Origin: Octopus sinensis
Taxonomy: Eukaryota
DNA: 64,000 nucleotides
Reading direction: 5' to 3'
Assembly (NCBI RefSeq): GCF_006345805.1
Contig: NC_043016.1
Location: forward strand, 24,552,001 to 24,616,000
The position numbers and the translations under genes are program-made. How positions within the stretch are numbered: position 1 is the stretch's first letter; the number at the start of each line of letters is the position of its first letter. Under the pieces are notes generated by a model. That model searched no databases, was not told the DNA's origin, and worked only from the letters and a program-made list of their open reading frames with translations. Shown here one piece after another: positions 12,714-27,510 of this stretch.

Positions 12714-12932
12714 TTGTAGTATTTACCCTGAGAAAGTCTCTTATATAGGTGTCTAATGTATAAAAAGTCAGAGATGATGAGTGCACTTCATCAGCAACAG
12801 GTATCTGCTGAAATCACATGATATAACTGTTCTGCCCACCAATGCTTGACATTTTTCATCTACAACCAACATCTCAGTGTTTTTATACACCAGACACCTA
12901 TATGAGAGATTTCCTCAGGGTGAATACTACAG
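12714..12932. mobile_element. Tc1/mariner-type MITE
   Basis: TA|TTGTAGTATTTACCCTGAG... and ...CTCAGGGTGAATACTACAG|TA; imperfect TIRs of about 60 bp. Confidence 0.8.
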
Positions 12933-13089
12933 TATTACAGCACTCCTATAATATAAACACATTAAGTAGAATATAAAAGTGGTATATTTTTTTTAAGTGT
13001 TTAGCTCCATGTCAGCTCTGGCACAGCATAACTATGGTAAAAATATTCTTACTATGACCATCATCATCTTCACCCACCTCATCGTTTAA

Positions 13090-13309
13090 CCCTTTCATTA
13101 CCAACCCGGCTGAAACTGGCTCTGGCTCTGAGTACAAAGGTCTTGTTTTCATAAATTTTGATTTGAAATCTTCCACCAAACCTTAGTCACAATTTATCTT
13201 CCCAACACTGGCTGAATGATAACTAAGTTATTTTGCTAAATTCTTTGCTATATTTAAAGTAATTGAAAGAAACACAGAGCATCTCAAAATAAATACAGTA
13301 ACGAAAGGG
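13090..13309. mobile_element. piggyBac-type MITE
   Basis: TTAA|CCCTTTCATTAC ... GTAACGAAAGGG|TTAA; 220 bp. Confidence 0.88.
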
Positions 13310-14620
13310 TTAATGTCCATGTTCCATCCCTTCTGTTATTCAGAAATAACATACCCAACACTACATTATCTCCTCCTCCTCCTCTTTCGCCTCCACAAGC
13401 ACTAAATATCTCTGATAGTCAGTAATGTAAGGTACTCTAGTGTAAATTACTCTGCATTCAGTGAGAGCAGGGTATCAGAGAATGTTTCTTTACAAGGTTA
13501 GTGAGGATTATGCTTTTGAAAAAGGATATTTTATCTGAAATATCAAGACTAAATATTTCTAAGGTTGTAAGGCAGTCAGCTGCAAGAATCTTTAACAGAC
13601 CAGGCAGAATGCTTAACAGACCAGGGAGAAAGCATCTCCTTCATCTTTATTGTTCTGAGTTCAAATTCAGCCAAGGTCAACTTTGCCTTTCATCCTTTTG
13701 GGGGGTCAATTAAATAAGTACCAGTTGAACATTGGGGTCAATGCAAATGACTTACATCTTCCTCTGAAATTGTTGGCCTTGTGCCAAAATTTGAAACCAA
13801 TATTTCTAAGATTGCATTTCAATATTTTTGTTGTCGTTATCTTTTATATTTATTGTTCTTTCTGAATTGCTTCTGCAACACTAGTTTTCTTCTGCAATGT
13901 TTCAAGCAAGATACAGCACACACACACACACATGTATGTATATGTGTGTGAGTCTGCATGCATGCACATGTGCACATGTGTGATTGCATTTGTCTTCCAC
14001 TACCACTTGCCAACTTTTGTTGGTTTGTTTACTGCCCGTAACCTTGGCCAAAGAAACCAACAAAAGTACCAAACTTAGATAAAAAGCATAAGGACTGGGG
14101 CCATTTTATTTGACTAAATCCTTCAAGGCAATGTCCCAACATGGGCACAGCCCAGTGAGGGGAAACAAATAAAAGAAGATACAAAAGGAATGAAGGTGAC
14201 TTTGAGAGAAATTTGGTTGTCATTTCTAATGGTGTCAACCTCACTGGTGTCATGAGGGAAGTGAGGTTGGGGTAGGCTACAGGGGTCATGGGCACTGTCA
14301 AAAGAAACATTTCCTTTCCTTCATCAGTCAGTTTCACAGTTTCAGTGTCTGGCAGCATTAACTAATCTCTTTCCTTGTCAAGGAGAAAACAGACTAAATA
14401 GAATGAAATGTTATTATGGAGGGGAAAGAGAAGCATATTTGAACTTGTAATAACATTGCATGAAATGTTATTGTCCTATCTATGACTGTTGATGGGTCAA
14501 TAGGTTATCACAAAATGCTTTGTGTCACATGCAGGGTGTATTGAGGATAATCAACCTATCAGCCTGATAGTCATTATCTCCCTTTCTCTCCTGCTATCTC
14601 TTTCTCTCTCTTTCGCACTT

Positions 14621-14666
<46 letters not shown>

Positions 14667-14999
14667 TACTTCTCTTTCTCTCTTTTTCTCTCCTCTCTCG
14701 CCCTCTCTCACTATTTCTCTTTCTTTCGCCATCTCTCTTGGTCAAGATATTACAGAAGAGAGGATCTAGTGGCATGAAATGTCCCATCTAGGAATGGAAC
14801 CCGTTTTAAAGACTTTATTTCATCAGATGCTGACCACTACACTACAGATTGACATGTAGAGGATTCCTCAGGTCAATGAAGGAGACTGACCTGCCAGAAA
14901 TACTTGCCAAATCTCCCTAAAGTCTTACATACATATACATACATAAGTACATACATATGCATAAATACACACATGCATTCATACATATATACATACATA

Positions 15000-15790
15000 A
15001 GCTAGAGGGCAACAACAGCATTGACTAGAAGAGTAGTCTCTCCTGAACCTGTGATAGATACATTACCACCTACCTAGAAGGGTATGCTTTTGTTATCCAG
15101 GAACAGGAGATAGTTACTAAATACTTAATAAACAAGAGGGACAGAGATAACACCAAATCTCCACATTGTGACAAAAATGCCAGCTCTGCTATACCAGTGT
15201 GGAAGATATCACCCACATCAGCAGCAGCTGCCCCACAATATCTATGAGGTACTACCTGCCCTTGAGGTATGATATAGTTGCAAAAGCTATTTACAATGCT
15301 ATCTGCAAGAAGGACTGTCCTGATATATACATCAAAGGCATGTCAGAACCAGAAGGTATACACAACTTTAAAAACAAGGAATATTGGTGGAACATCCTAA
15401 TAAAAACATCAATTCTGTGCAAACATAACAGACCTGATATATTCTCTGGGACAGAGAACAAAAGTCATGCACAGTTGTAGGGTTCAGCTGCCCAGCAGAT
15501 GTGAATGTACAATCGACAGGAAAAAGGAAACATTTACAGCTCTTACATACTGACTATAAATTTTCATTGTACCCATCATCATAGGTACATTAGGTTATGC
15601 ACTAATAAATTTTCACAAAAAAACAAGAAATACTCAACTTCACAGTGTTTCACAAAGTTTCACAAAGAATAGAAAGAGCAAAAGAAACTGATGCAGATTC
15701 TCCAAATCCAATCTATTAGTGGCACAGTGAAGATTTGTAAGATATTTCAAAGATTCTCCATCTGAGATTCTTTAAATGAATAGATGCACG
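15000..15790 (+). mobile_element. R4-clade LINE 3' fragment (CCHC/RLE)
   Basis: QEQEIVTKYL...CQLC..EDITHISSSCP..RYY..RYDIVAK..WWN..KHNRPDI. A short related fragment lies at ~27890-28015. Confidence 0.85.
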
Positions 15791-16269
15791 CACTTGGGTG
15801 TGTAAGTCAACAGCTCAAACAACACACCAACTCGACCACATATTTAGAAATATTGGAAACTCTCTTAGCTCAAAAAGTTTTGTTGCTTTGTTAGTGACTG
15901 GCTTGAATTCTCATGAGAAGAACTTACATAAAACTCCAAGAAATACATACATACATGCATGCATGCATGCATATACATATGCATACATACATACAGATAT
16001 ATGTGTATGTGTGTGCGTATATACACATATACATGCACCCATATATGTCTATATTTGTGTCTGCCTCACACCCCCACACCCCCGTCCCACAACCATCACT
16101 TGATGACTGATGTTGGTGTGTCTACATCCCTGCAAAAGAGACCAATATAATAAGTAATAGGCTTACAAAGAATAAACCCTGAGGTCAATTTCTTTGACTG
16201 AAAAAGGTGCTGCTCAGGCATGACTGCTGTCAAATAACTGAAACAAGTAAAAGAATAAAAGAATTGGAA

Positions 16270-16686
16270 TTTAGATTTTGCATCTTTGAGGCCTTTCACA
16301 AAAGTGGCCCACATCATGTCCTCTCTAACATGGAACTGCTCATACAACTTACTCTTCTCTTCAATAAGTCTGGTGACAACAACATTATCAAACCAATCTT
16401 GATATTGTGTCTTCTTGAGACTGAGTACATTGACTCAGCTTTGTAAACCTGTTTTGAACTTATATCAAGTCCATTAAAGACAATGTTGTCAAGTGCATTA
16501 TGAAGAGCATCACATGTTTCTGAACTTTGCAACAGCACTTTGACCCTCACTACCCATGCTTTCCTACTGATCCACATTTTCATCTTATCACATATACATT
16601 TGTACTCTGTAGTATATTCTGCACCATATAGAACAAATATCCCGGAAAACTCCCTTGCTGATAATATGCATGCATGCATGCATGCA

Positions 16687-16727
<41 letters not shown>

Positions 16728-17220
16728 AGAGAGTGAACTTTTGTTCATTCTCTTCAAAATACAGGAAACTAAAGTGCTACTTGTCATATGAGGGGCCTTC
16801 TTATCTTGTCATATGAATCTAGCTTAAATCCGGGAGGATTTAAGCCAGCTCTCATTGAGTTTACTGCATTACAAGTCAAAGCAGCCTATGCACATCTGTT
16901 AGTGGCTGATTCTGTAGCAAGTTGAAGCCATTCCCAGTTCCAGTGACAAATGCCAAAGACTCAAGGACCAGAAACAAGCTCCGTATTTTCTTTGACTGTC
17001 ATGAGCCTGATCATCAGCTGACTACCTCTCCACTTACACCAACCTGGAGGAGGATCTGATGCTATCGCTTTCCAGATGTATTCATCATGGGGGCAGCGAA
17101 ACATGTGACCAAACCACTGTAGTCTCTTCATCAGAAGAGTTCCTTCAAGAGGTGAGAGACCGCAGTGAGCATAAAGAAGTCGGGTGACTTCGAAACTTTT
17201 GCAACCATGAGTAATATCAG
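16270..17220 (-). mobile_element. RTE LINE fragments
   Basis: KRLQWFGHM..P..Y..K....P..W...RG.Q (16961-17236) and ..QDWFDN...LIEEK.KL (~16340-16420). Interrupted by (CA)n. Confidence 0.7.
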
Positions 17221-17329
17221 GGAGTATGACATACAATAATGATAATTTAACTTTTATAAAATTTCTTGGTGTTTATACAAACATAATGAAATGAATATTA
17301 ATTTTCAAAAGAAAAATATTCATAGGCAT

Positions 17330-17497
17330 AGGAGTGGCTCTGTGGTAAGTAGCTTGTTTACCAACTACATGGTTCTGGGTTCAGTCCCACTGTGTGGCAC
17401 TTTGGGCAAGTGTCTTCTACTATAGCCTTGGGTCGAACAAAGCCTTGTGTGTGGATTTGGTAGACAGAAACTGAAAGAAGCCCATCGTATATATGTA

Positions 17498-17534
<37 letters not shown>

Positions 17535-17748
17535 ATATGTTTGTGTCTGTGTTTGTCCCCCCAACATTGCTTGACAACCGATGCTGGTGTGTTTACGTCA
17601 CCGTAATTTAACAGTTCAGCAAAATAGACCGATAGAATAAGTACTAGGCTTACAAAGAATAAGTCCTGGGATCGATTTGCTCGACTAAAGACGGTGCTCC
17701 AGCATGGCCACAGTCAAATGACTGAAACAAGTAAAAAGAGTAAAGAGT
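17330..17748 (+). mobile_element. SINE family A copy
   Basis: Direct match to 1007-1435. Confidence 0.88.
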
Positions 17749-18898
17749 ATCACCTTATAATAAAACCAACAAAACAAATTTCTCTTCTCTATAATTCCTC
17801 TCTGTCTACTACTCTTGTTATTTACTACCTCTCCTCCTTCTACTCGTTTATGATCATTCTCTCCACTCACACCTCTTATGATAACTTGCTCTCTTTCCCT
17901 CTCTCTCACTCTCTCTCTCTCCCCCTCTATCTCTCACTCTCTTTCTGTATCAATCTTTTACCCTCTCTCCCCCTCTATCTCTCACTCTCTTTCTGTATCA
18001 ATCTTTTACCCTCTCTCCCCTTTCTCCATACAATACAAAGCATAACTCAAGAAATCAATTAACCAACCAACACCTACATCAACAGCTGTTATGTAGATAT
18101 ATGTATATTTCATCATATTAAACTGTTAATCCTTACACATTTTTTCTCTGTCCATTTGTTTGACATTTTTGGCATTTTTTTCTTCTCAATCCTATCTGTT
18201 CAAGAGCATAGGCTCAAAAAATCGAAGACATTTCCATTCTTCCCAAGTGTCATACTAATACACCTGCTTGTTGTTCCCTCACCTGTCCTTGTCTTTGTTT
18301 TCTGTAAATTTGAACTATATATATATATTTTTTTATTTTTTTATTGCCCACAGGGGGCTAAATGTAGAGGGGGAAAACAAGGACAGACAAAGGGATTAAG
18401 TCGATTATGTCGACCTCAGTGCATAACTGGTACTTATTTAATCGACCCATCCCCCCAAATATGAAAGGCAAAGTCGACCTCAGTGGAATTTGAACTCAGA
18501 ACAATGGCAGACGAACTACCGCTAAGTATTTCACCCGGCATGCTAACGATTCTGCCAGCTCACCGCCATGTAATTCTCTTAAATCCTTTTTTCTCTGAAA
18601 GAGAAATCCTGAAATTCCAATTAATATTTTCTGTTGGAAGTTAAGCAAACAAATGTACTAATTAAAACACATTTTACCAATATTTCTTATGAATTGCTAG
18701 TTTATAATCATTATCCAGCAAAGAAGCTATGTTATAAATTAACCTTTTTAATATAGCAGTGAAATATTCTTCAACAAAACTTTACTTTCTTATAAACAAG
18801 AAAGATTTAAATTTATTGTCATTAACATAATTTATAGCAAGTTTGGTACATTAACATAATTTATAACTCTACTGTTGATCATTCCTCTTCTTTTTCAG

Positions 18899-19057
18899 TC
18901 TTTCTCAACAAACACGTTTTCCAACTTCATAAACTCCAAGCAAGGCAAAACATATTTCAAGTCTTATAAACCTGATGAAAATGAGTCCCACATGACAATA
19001 AGAAGACGACCATGTATTGATCCAGCTAGCTGTGATTGTGGCAACTACAGAAGCCCG
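18899..19057 (+). CDS. AMN: Amnionless exon, phase 0 to 0
   Basis: ctcttctttttcag acceptor and gtgaga donor. SFSTNTFSNFINSKQGKTYFKSYKPDENESHMTIRRRPCIDPASCDCGNYRSP matches the AMN F--S--G---F and C-DP-GC-CGN motifs. Confidence 0.93.
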
Positions 19058-20162
19058 GTGAGATTATTTTCTCCATTTCATTCTCTTATGTATGTAGACT
19101 GGCACTCTGTTAGTTATGAAAATGAGTATTCCAGCTGATCCAATCAATGAAATTAATGTGCAAGTGGCTGAGCATTCCACAGACACATGTACCCTTAATG
19201 TAGTTCTCAGGGAGATTCAGCATGGCACAGAGTGTGACGAGGCTGGCCCTTTGAAATACAGGTACAACTCATTTTTACCAGCTGAGTGGACTGGAGCAGT
19301 GTGAAATAAAGTGTCTTGCTCAAGGACACAACATGTCGCCAGGAATTGAACTCATGACTTTATGATCTTAAGCCAAATACCCTAACCACTAAACCACGTG
19401 TCTTCACCTTACATACGTATGACAAAATTATTTACGAAAAAATTCAAATAAAATTCTATCTGTTTCGCAAGATTCTTGATATGAAATCATGTACTGAAAC
19501 AGATATTGCTATATTTGAGGATGGTCATTTTGCCAATAAATAATTGCACTATTTGGCCTTCACTTCAGATTTATTACTATTTGAGGCAGGAATATATATC
19601 ACAGGAAGACAAGATGGAGTAAATAGAATAAGGCTGGAAAGAAGAGGAGACAGAGAAAAGAAGAACAAGTTGTCATTGAAGAGGTCACAAAATGTGTGAT
19701 GAAAGAACTTTGACTAAATAAACTAATAATAAAGCTGAAGTGAAGGCCAAATAACACATGCGTTTATAGGTAAAAATGACCATCCTCAAACAAAATTGCT
19801 TTGAGAAAACAGAGAACAGCAAGCCTAATGCTCTAATTGCCTTTAATTATCTACAATCATTAACAATAATAGACGGCACTATATGAAACTGAGATAGGGT
19901 TGTTATGGAGATTTTGCATTATATGGATGCCATGATGTTCACAGTGTACACAAGACTGGACAAGCAATATACCTGATTCCAGCCTGATTGAAGAATAAAA
20001 AGAATTAAGTATCCTGCAACCGGATGCAATCTCACAAACCATTAACAAAAATTGTATGAACTGACCAGGTTAAAGTAACAATTTCATCAATGCAAAGTTA
20101 CATAGAACAGTGACATATACTTAATGTTTTATATTCATGTATGTACATACACGCACATTTAT

Positions 20163-20205
<43 letters not shown>

Positions 20206-20390
20206 TGTGTGTCTGTGTGTGTACATGTGTGGATGGGTGGTAAGAAGTTTGCTTCCCAACAACATGGTTCTGGGTTCAGTCCCATTGCTTGACATCTTGG
20301 CCAAGTGTCTTCTATTATAGCCTTAGACTGACCAAAGCCTTGTGAGTGGAATTGGTGGATGGAAACTGAAAGAAGCCCATCCTATATATA

Positions 20391-20610
20391 TTGGGTCCTT
20401 CCATAAATAATGCAGTTTTTCAATTGCATGAACTAAAAGTTGGAGGAGAGACAAGATAAACAACCTACATCAACTTGCTTATAAAAGCAGGTAGTAATTT
20501 TACCTTGTACTTATTTTTAGTGCAAGTTTTGAAGAATGCAGTTTGATTTTAACAGTTATTTTTTCAAAGCTATAATGGAAGTGACAAATAATCTCAGGAA
20601 ATTTTGCAGA
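20391..20610 (+). mobile_element. Mariner 5' end fragment
   Basis: TA|TTGGGTCCTTCCATAAATAATGCAG TIR-like start followed by MEVTNNLRKF, which resembles mariner transposase N-termini. Confidence 0.45.
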
Positions 20611-21379
20611 ACTCAAACTAGGAAAGTCTTGTGGTTTAATCTGACATTTAGTAAGAATATAGAGACTAATATAGCCAGGGAATTTTTATACATGATATCT
20701 TGGCATTTCTCAGGGTGGGGCATAGGTAGATTATTAAGCAGGTTAGCTACTCTTATTGCAAGTCCTTTTCCACATCAGTAAACCAGCATAATTTGAAAAA
20801 ATAACTCGCTAAACCCAATAAAAATTAAACCTAAATGTCTTAGTACAGACCCCACCAGCCCCAGCAACAATCTGCTCAATGACAATTGCTTGACCTAAGA
20901 AATAGTGTAAAGGATTAATGTCCAAATTAACAACAGATGTATTTTGCAAAACTTAATTTCAGGACATGATTTTACATGCACAAGAATTCATTTAAATTTT
21001 CTGAAAATAGGTCCTCAACAAGTCTGTTCAAATACATCTAAGTATAGAAAGACTCTTGTTTGGCTCCTTTTAAGATCCACTGATCATTTTTAGGAAAAGC
21101 AATCCACACAAACATGGCTTTTATTCAAATTCCTCACCCAGATGTTCATATGAAGTTTTCCAACATAGTTTTAATGTGAATGATTTTTAAAGTTGGTGCA
21201 TTTACAACATAGCAATGATGATAAAAGCAAACTGTTGATTTCTCGATTGCTATACCAAACCCTGTTGATCAATCATATATTTTTATTTTCCCCAAGACCT
21301 TCATTAAAGCAGCATTTTTCCTTCTTTGCAAAATAAAAATAAGATTATCTTTTTTTAAAATATGAATATTTAATTTCAG

Positions 21380-21476
21380 ATCTTTGACAATATATGTAAA
21401 ATGCATTCACCATTCTGCAAGAAACCACAGTGCCAGTCCCCAGTAAGACCAACAGGACATTGCTGCAACATTTGTG
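21380..21476 (+). CDS. AMN: Amnionless exon, cysteine-rich VWFC-like module, phase 0 to 1
   Basis: taatttcag acceptor and gtaaaa donor. IFDNICKMHSPFCKKPQCQSPVRPTGHCCNIC(G) corresponds to human ICAALL...[21 protein letters not shown]. Confidence 0.95.
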
Positions 21477-21556
21477 GTAAAATATATTTCTTGTATATTA
21501 TTTTCAATTTCTGATCCAACATCTGTTCTCTCACGTTTCTCTACATTTCTCTCTCT

Positions 21557-21621
<65 letters not shown>

Positions 21622-22517
21622 ATATATATATATATTAGGAGGTTTGGAGGTGATGTACAGGTATTATATAATAGAAGAAATAAGGTACTCAGAAATCTGG
21701 ATGGTTTTATATTTACGGATTTTTATTAATATGTCACATGTTTTTATAAATCATATATTAGCGCTTGCATCCACTCTAGTAGAATCCCCAGATTTGAATT
21801 TGTTTGAGAGGATTTGTCTCTTTTTATAGTATTATTGAGTGTGTAGGGGTGGGAAGAGGTATAGGATAGTAAAAGAGGGTGAAGAATGGGTAGAAAGTGA
21901 GAGAGAGAGTGTGTGTGAGTGTGTGTGTGTGTGTGTGTGCGTGTGCGTGTACATGTGTGTGTGCCTGTGTCTGTGTATCTGAAAGGAGTGTCAATGGAAA
22001 AGAGAAGGAAAGAAAGAAGGAAGAGAGAAGAAGAAAAAATGTGTTTACATTTTTACAACGGGTCAGTTCTTTCAATAGAAAGTGATGAGTTGATTCTTGG
22101 CCTTTAAAAATGGCAAAACCAGGTGGCTACTCTAAGGGGGGTCTTGATAAAAGTTATTTTTCAAAAAATTGTCTGGATTTATTATCAACATCATCATTAT
22201 TGTTCAGTGAGAGAGTGTGTGCATTTTTTGTGTGTGCAAGTGTGTGTGTGCGCACGCGCGCATGTGTGTGCGCACGCGCGCATGTGTGTGTGCCTGTGTA
22301 TCTGAAAGTAGTGTCAATGGAAAAGAGAAGGAAAGAAAGAAGGAAGAACAGAAGAAGAAAAAATTGTGTATGTACAGATGTATAGTACTCTGAGTGTGTG
22401 TGTGTGTTTAATACAAAATTACAGTTTACTTTACAAAATTGGTCCTTCATCCAGTACAAATCATTACAGAAGTGGTGATATTTCACCAGTAACAGCTATA
22501 TATATCTATATATATAT

Positions 22518-22553
<36 letters not shown>

Positions 22554-22933
22554 CACTACCGTCAGAAATTAATTAGCACCCTTGATTTGCTCTTCACTCA
22601 AGGTATGTGCTGTCACCTAGTGGCCATATCTCGAACTATTGCTTTGTTGCGAGTTCACTGTTGCGCAGAACGATGACGTAACTTTGTTTGCAGAGCAGTT
22701 TGAGAGTCTACAGCCTTATGATGTTGACATAGCAGTGCAACAACAACTTGGAGTGTGGATGCAGACAAATCTTCCTTTGTTTAATAGATATAGGTAGCGC
22801 CTCGCAAGGACCGAAATTACACCATACTAAGTTTTCTCATCGCGTAAGACGTTTTGAACAGCTCATAGGTTAGTTGATTTAACCTATTTAATGTAGAAAT
22901 TTGAGAAGTGCTAATTAATTTCTGACGCAAGTG
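22554..22933. mobile_element. Tc1/mariner-type MITE inserted in a (TA)n tract
   Basis: 26-bp TIR CACTACCGTCAGAAATTAATTAGCAC / GTGCTAATTAATTTCTGACGCAAGTG (24/26) with TA flanks. Confidence 0.88.
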
Positions 22934-22974
22934 TATATATATATATATATATATATATATCAAATCAAAATCAA

Positions 22975-23500
22975 ATTCGATGACTGGCATCCATGCTAGT
23001 GGAGTGCAAAGAGCACCATACAAGCATGATCATTGACAGAGCGGCTAACCGGCTTCCGTGCCAGTGGCACATAAAAGGCACCATTTGAGTGTGATCGTTA
23101 CAAGTGTCGCCTTACTGGAACTTGTGCCCATGCTAGTAGGGTGCCAAGAGCACAATCCGAGCGTGATCATTGTCAGAGCGGCTAACGTGCTTCTGTGCGT
23201 GATTGTTACCAGTGTCGCCTTACTGGCACCTGCGCCGGTAGCATGTGTAAAAAGATTCGAGCGAGGTCATTGCCAGTACCACCTGACTGGCCCCCATGCT
23301 GGTGGCATATAAAAAGCACCCACTGCACTCTCGGAGTGGTTGACATTAGGAAGGGCATCCAGCTGTAGAAACTCTGTCAGATCAAGATTGGAGCCTGGTG
23401 CAGCCATCTGGTTCACCAGCCCTCAGTCAAAATCGTCCAACCCATGCTAGCATGGAAAGCGGACATTAAACAATGATGATGATGATGATGATAATGATGA
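22975..23500 (+). mobile_element. RTE-related 3' tail / SINE (family D) with internal GCCAGTGGCAC-type repeats and (GAT)n tail
   Basis: Shares the CATCCAGCTGTAGAAA...AACCCATGC-AGCATGGAAA...(GAT)n end with copies at ~570-712, ~26150-26400 and ~29420-29660. The family assignment is inference. Confidence 0.7.
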
Positions 23501-23646
23501 TATAAGTTAGAGAAAAACCACTATTATGCAATTCAAACAATGATAGACATAAACCAAATCAAATAAAAAATAAAATATATTTTAAAACATATAGCTAGAT
23601 CACAAAAGTACAAAAATGAATAAACAGTATATAAATAAATAAATAA

Positions 23647-23684
<38 letters not shown>

Positions 23685-23879
23685 CAAGAGGACTGAAAAT
23701 AAGGAACAATTTTTTACAAAAATGAAGATATTAGGATGGGCAATAATGTACAAGGGAAAGTGTCTTGTGAAGGAACTCAATGAAACAGATATGCATACAA
23801 TTTCTCATACATTGTGATGACATTATTATACAGACTAAGCTAATAGTTCTAGATAAGTTTATAGGGAAGTTGCTGTGCT

Positions 23880-24337
23880 TTTCATATTTTCAGCCATTCA
23901 TTTATTATGAAGTATTGTTCCATATTTTTTCTGAAGAAGGTGCCATTCCTTGGCCATTTATAGAAGGGAAAGATCTTAAATTTTCCTTCTCCACATGTTT
24001 CTAAGTGTTTACTCAGTGGAATCTTTCGCAGTTCCTCCTGTCGGACATGTTGTCAGTGAATTCTGGCTTGTTGGCATAAAGAATTTCCAGTTTCGCCTAT
24101 ATAATTCTCCTTGCATGTGGGACAGGTTATGTAGTATATTACATTCTGCGTCTTGCAATTCATACCTGCATTTACTTTGAATGTGTGACCACACTTACAT
24201 TTTATTTGCTTGTTTCCCTCTATATATTTGTAGATGGGGTTACTGCAGATCCCACATCTACCATCTCCACACTCTTTTGCAAAGAATTTGGTTTTATTCT
24301 CTGAGAATTTTGCCCTTTGCAAATACTGATAGGACAC
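23880..24337 (-). mobile_element. Penelope-like element GIY-YIG endonuclease fragment
   Basis: C-x4-C-x2-C...CKTQNVIYYITCPTCKENYIGETGNSL...RIH*QHVR...IPLSKHLETCGEGKFKIFPFYK...RKNMEQYFI. The stop is a CGA>TGA change in the same frame. Confidence 0.88.
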
Positions 24338-24493
24338 AGAAAGTGTGTCAATAGCCAGCTGGAGGAGGTGTCCTCCTGGGGCTACAAGCTACAGTAGCAT
24401 CCACCCTTAAGGGTTAGCCACATTTAATTGACAATTTATACTTCACGATGTCGTGCAGCTACTGTTTATACCTCACTCAGAGATTTATTATTG

Positions 24494-25135
<642 letters not shown>

Positions 25136-25329
25136 TTTTTTCAAGCTGTTTGTTTTAAATGCTTGATCTTGAGCTGCTATAATAAGGCTCTCTGTTACTT
25201 TTATTCAATTGCCTTTACTTTTCAACCAAAACCTGGTTTTTGTTCTACATATATCCCCATTGGCTTTCCAAAACTGACCTTGCAAATATATCTCTTCAAA
25301 CTATTTAACATGCCCTTTTTTAATTTCAT

Positions 25330-25890
25330 TCTTGTTCTTTTCTCCTGTTCCACACTTGATCACCGGTTCTTTATTCACTGCCTTTAGTAATTTCTCTGTG
25401 TTGCTCTGTAAATAGTCTAATAGGCTTTTTCTTTCTGTCTGTACAACATACTCTTCCACAGCAATTAAGCTTCTTCCATCCTGGTCTCTCTTCTAGTACT
25501 ACCAGTTAATATCAGCTTTCATATGGTGGGCTCCATACATTGTCAACAGCTTTCTAGTTTCTCTGTCAAATTTCTGCATGTTGCTTTTGGTCCAATCTAC
25601 AATTCCTACTCCATATCTGATTACTGATACTGTCCATCAAATTTATTGCTTTGATGACATTTTTTGAATTCAACTTTGGTTCTAATATTTTTCCCACTCT
25701 CCTTGTATACACTCTACTTGTAATTTGCTTCATTTCTTCATATTTTATTTCATCAGCCTCCAGTATTCCCCAATACTCATATCATCGTCCTTTCTCAACC
25801 ATTTTCATTGTTTGTCCATTTGGCATTTCAATCTTCTAGCTTCAAATCTTTCTCATTTCATTAGATAAATAGCATACTTTTCAATCTCAA
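25330..25890 (-). mobile_element. R4-clade LINE fragment (post-RT thumb region)
   Basis: - strand with frameshifts: Y.Y.GILEAD..KLNSKNVIKAIN..VIRYGVGIVDWT...DRETRKLLTMYGAHH.KAD...GRSLI.VE. Confidence 0.8.
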
Positions 25891-25984
25891 ATATCATACC
25901 TACATCATATGAGAAAATTATTATCATCATCATCATCATCATCATCTTCATCATTCTCATTATTATTATTAAAGAAAACTTTTC

Positions 25985-26092
25985 GAGCATTGGTCCTCAC
26001 AGAGGCAAAGTGTTTGGGTTCCTTTTGAGCGTTGGGCCTCACAGAGGCAAAGTGGCTGAGTTCCTGTTGAGCATTGGGCCTCACAGAGGGAA
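25985..26092. repeat. 42-bp tandem repeat, ~2.5 units
   Basis: GAGCATTGGGCCTCACAGAGG... units start at 25985, 26027 and 26069. Confidence 0.9.
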
Positions 26093-26693
26093 TGACCAAG
26101 ACCTTTGGCATTATGTTGTGCTTGAGAAGAAGACTCATCAAGCCAAGCAAAATCACAGTTGTGGTAGATACCAGTGTCACACAAATTGACACATAAATGC
26201 ACCCCAGTGTCAGACAAATGGCACTCATGCCAGTGACACATAAAAACACCCATTACACTCTTGGAGTGGTTGGTGTTAGGAAAGATATCCAGCTGTAGAA
26301 AACCATGCCAAATCAGACTGGAATTTGGTGTAGCTTCCAGTGTGCCAGCCCAGTCAAACCGTCCAACCCATACCAGTATGGACAACAGATATTAAATTAT
26401 TATCATTATTATTATTATTATTATTGAGTGAGCGAGCAGAGCATGCCATCAAAGTGACACTGGGGTAAAATATACGAAGCCCAGTATACCCATCATGAAT
26501 ACCCGTCTGATAAGGATACACCAGGCACATGCATCACAACCATATGTGCGCGACATGGTGATCTCATATCAAGATAAACAGCACATGACCTTGCAGGTGG
26601 AGCCCAGTTAGAATTTTCTTCAGATCGAGTAACCCATCCCGCTCAAAAGGTCCCTGAATAAGGGTTATTTAAGGACGTTGAACGAAACAATAA

Positions 26694-26746
<53 letters not shown>

Positions 26747-27009
26747 GTATTTCCAGTAAGTTTTGAAATTGAGACTAACTCATTTGCTTAGCAACAGTGT
26801 AGAAGCTTCTTTGTTGAAATAGTGAGCTGGGAGTTCAGTGTTTGGTAAATGTATCTTTGCCAATTAGCTGAATTGTATATTTCTTTTATTTATGTGTCTA
26901 TTTATGTAGTTGGTTTAACAGCTAAAGCTTATCTAAAGATATTATCTTTGAAAGACATAAAATTTCAGTTATACAGCTGTGAAACTTTAAACCTTAATTT
27001 ATTAATTAA

Positions 27010-27012
27010 TGA

Positions 27013-27085
<73 letters not shown>

Positions 27086-27475
27086 TGTGTGTGTACACTT
27101 TGCCAGTGTTGATTACATTCATCTGTATTTAACTTCTACAAAACATGGATGTAATGTAATGTATGTATGTATGTATGTATGTATGTATGTATGTATGTAT
27201 GTATGTATGTATGTATGTATGTATGTATGTATGTATGTATGTATGTATGTATGTATGTATGTATGTATGTATGTATGTATGTATGTATGTATGTATGTTT
27301 GTGCATGTATGTATGTATGTATATATGTGTATATGTATGTGTATATACATGTATGTGTGAGTATGAGTGATGTATGTAGGTATGTATGTATATATGTGTG
27401 TGTGTGTATGAATGTATGGGTGTGTGTATGTTTGTATGGGTTTGTGTATGCATGTATGTGTATGTGTGTATGTAT

Positions 27476-27506
<31 letters not shown>

Positions 27507-27510
27507 CATA
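27010..27510. repeat. Compound (GT)n/(ATGT)n microsatellite
   Basis: Directly visible. Similar compound arrays at 3305-3445 and 6240-6420. Confidence 0.95.

Noticed and set aside
21895-22370. Local ~100-bp duplication (also a ~50-bp duplication at ~17910-18020)
   Set aside because: Ordinary slippage duplications beside microsatellites with no sign of function.
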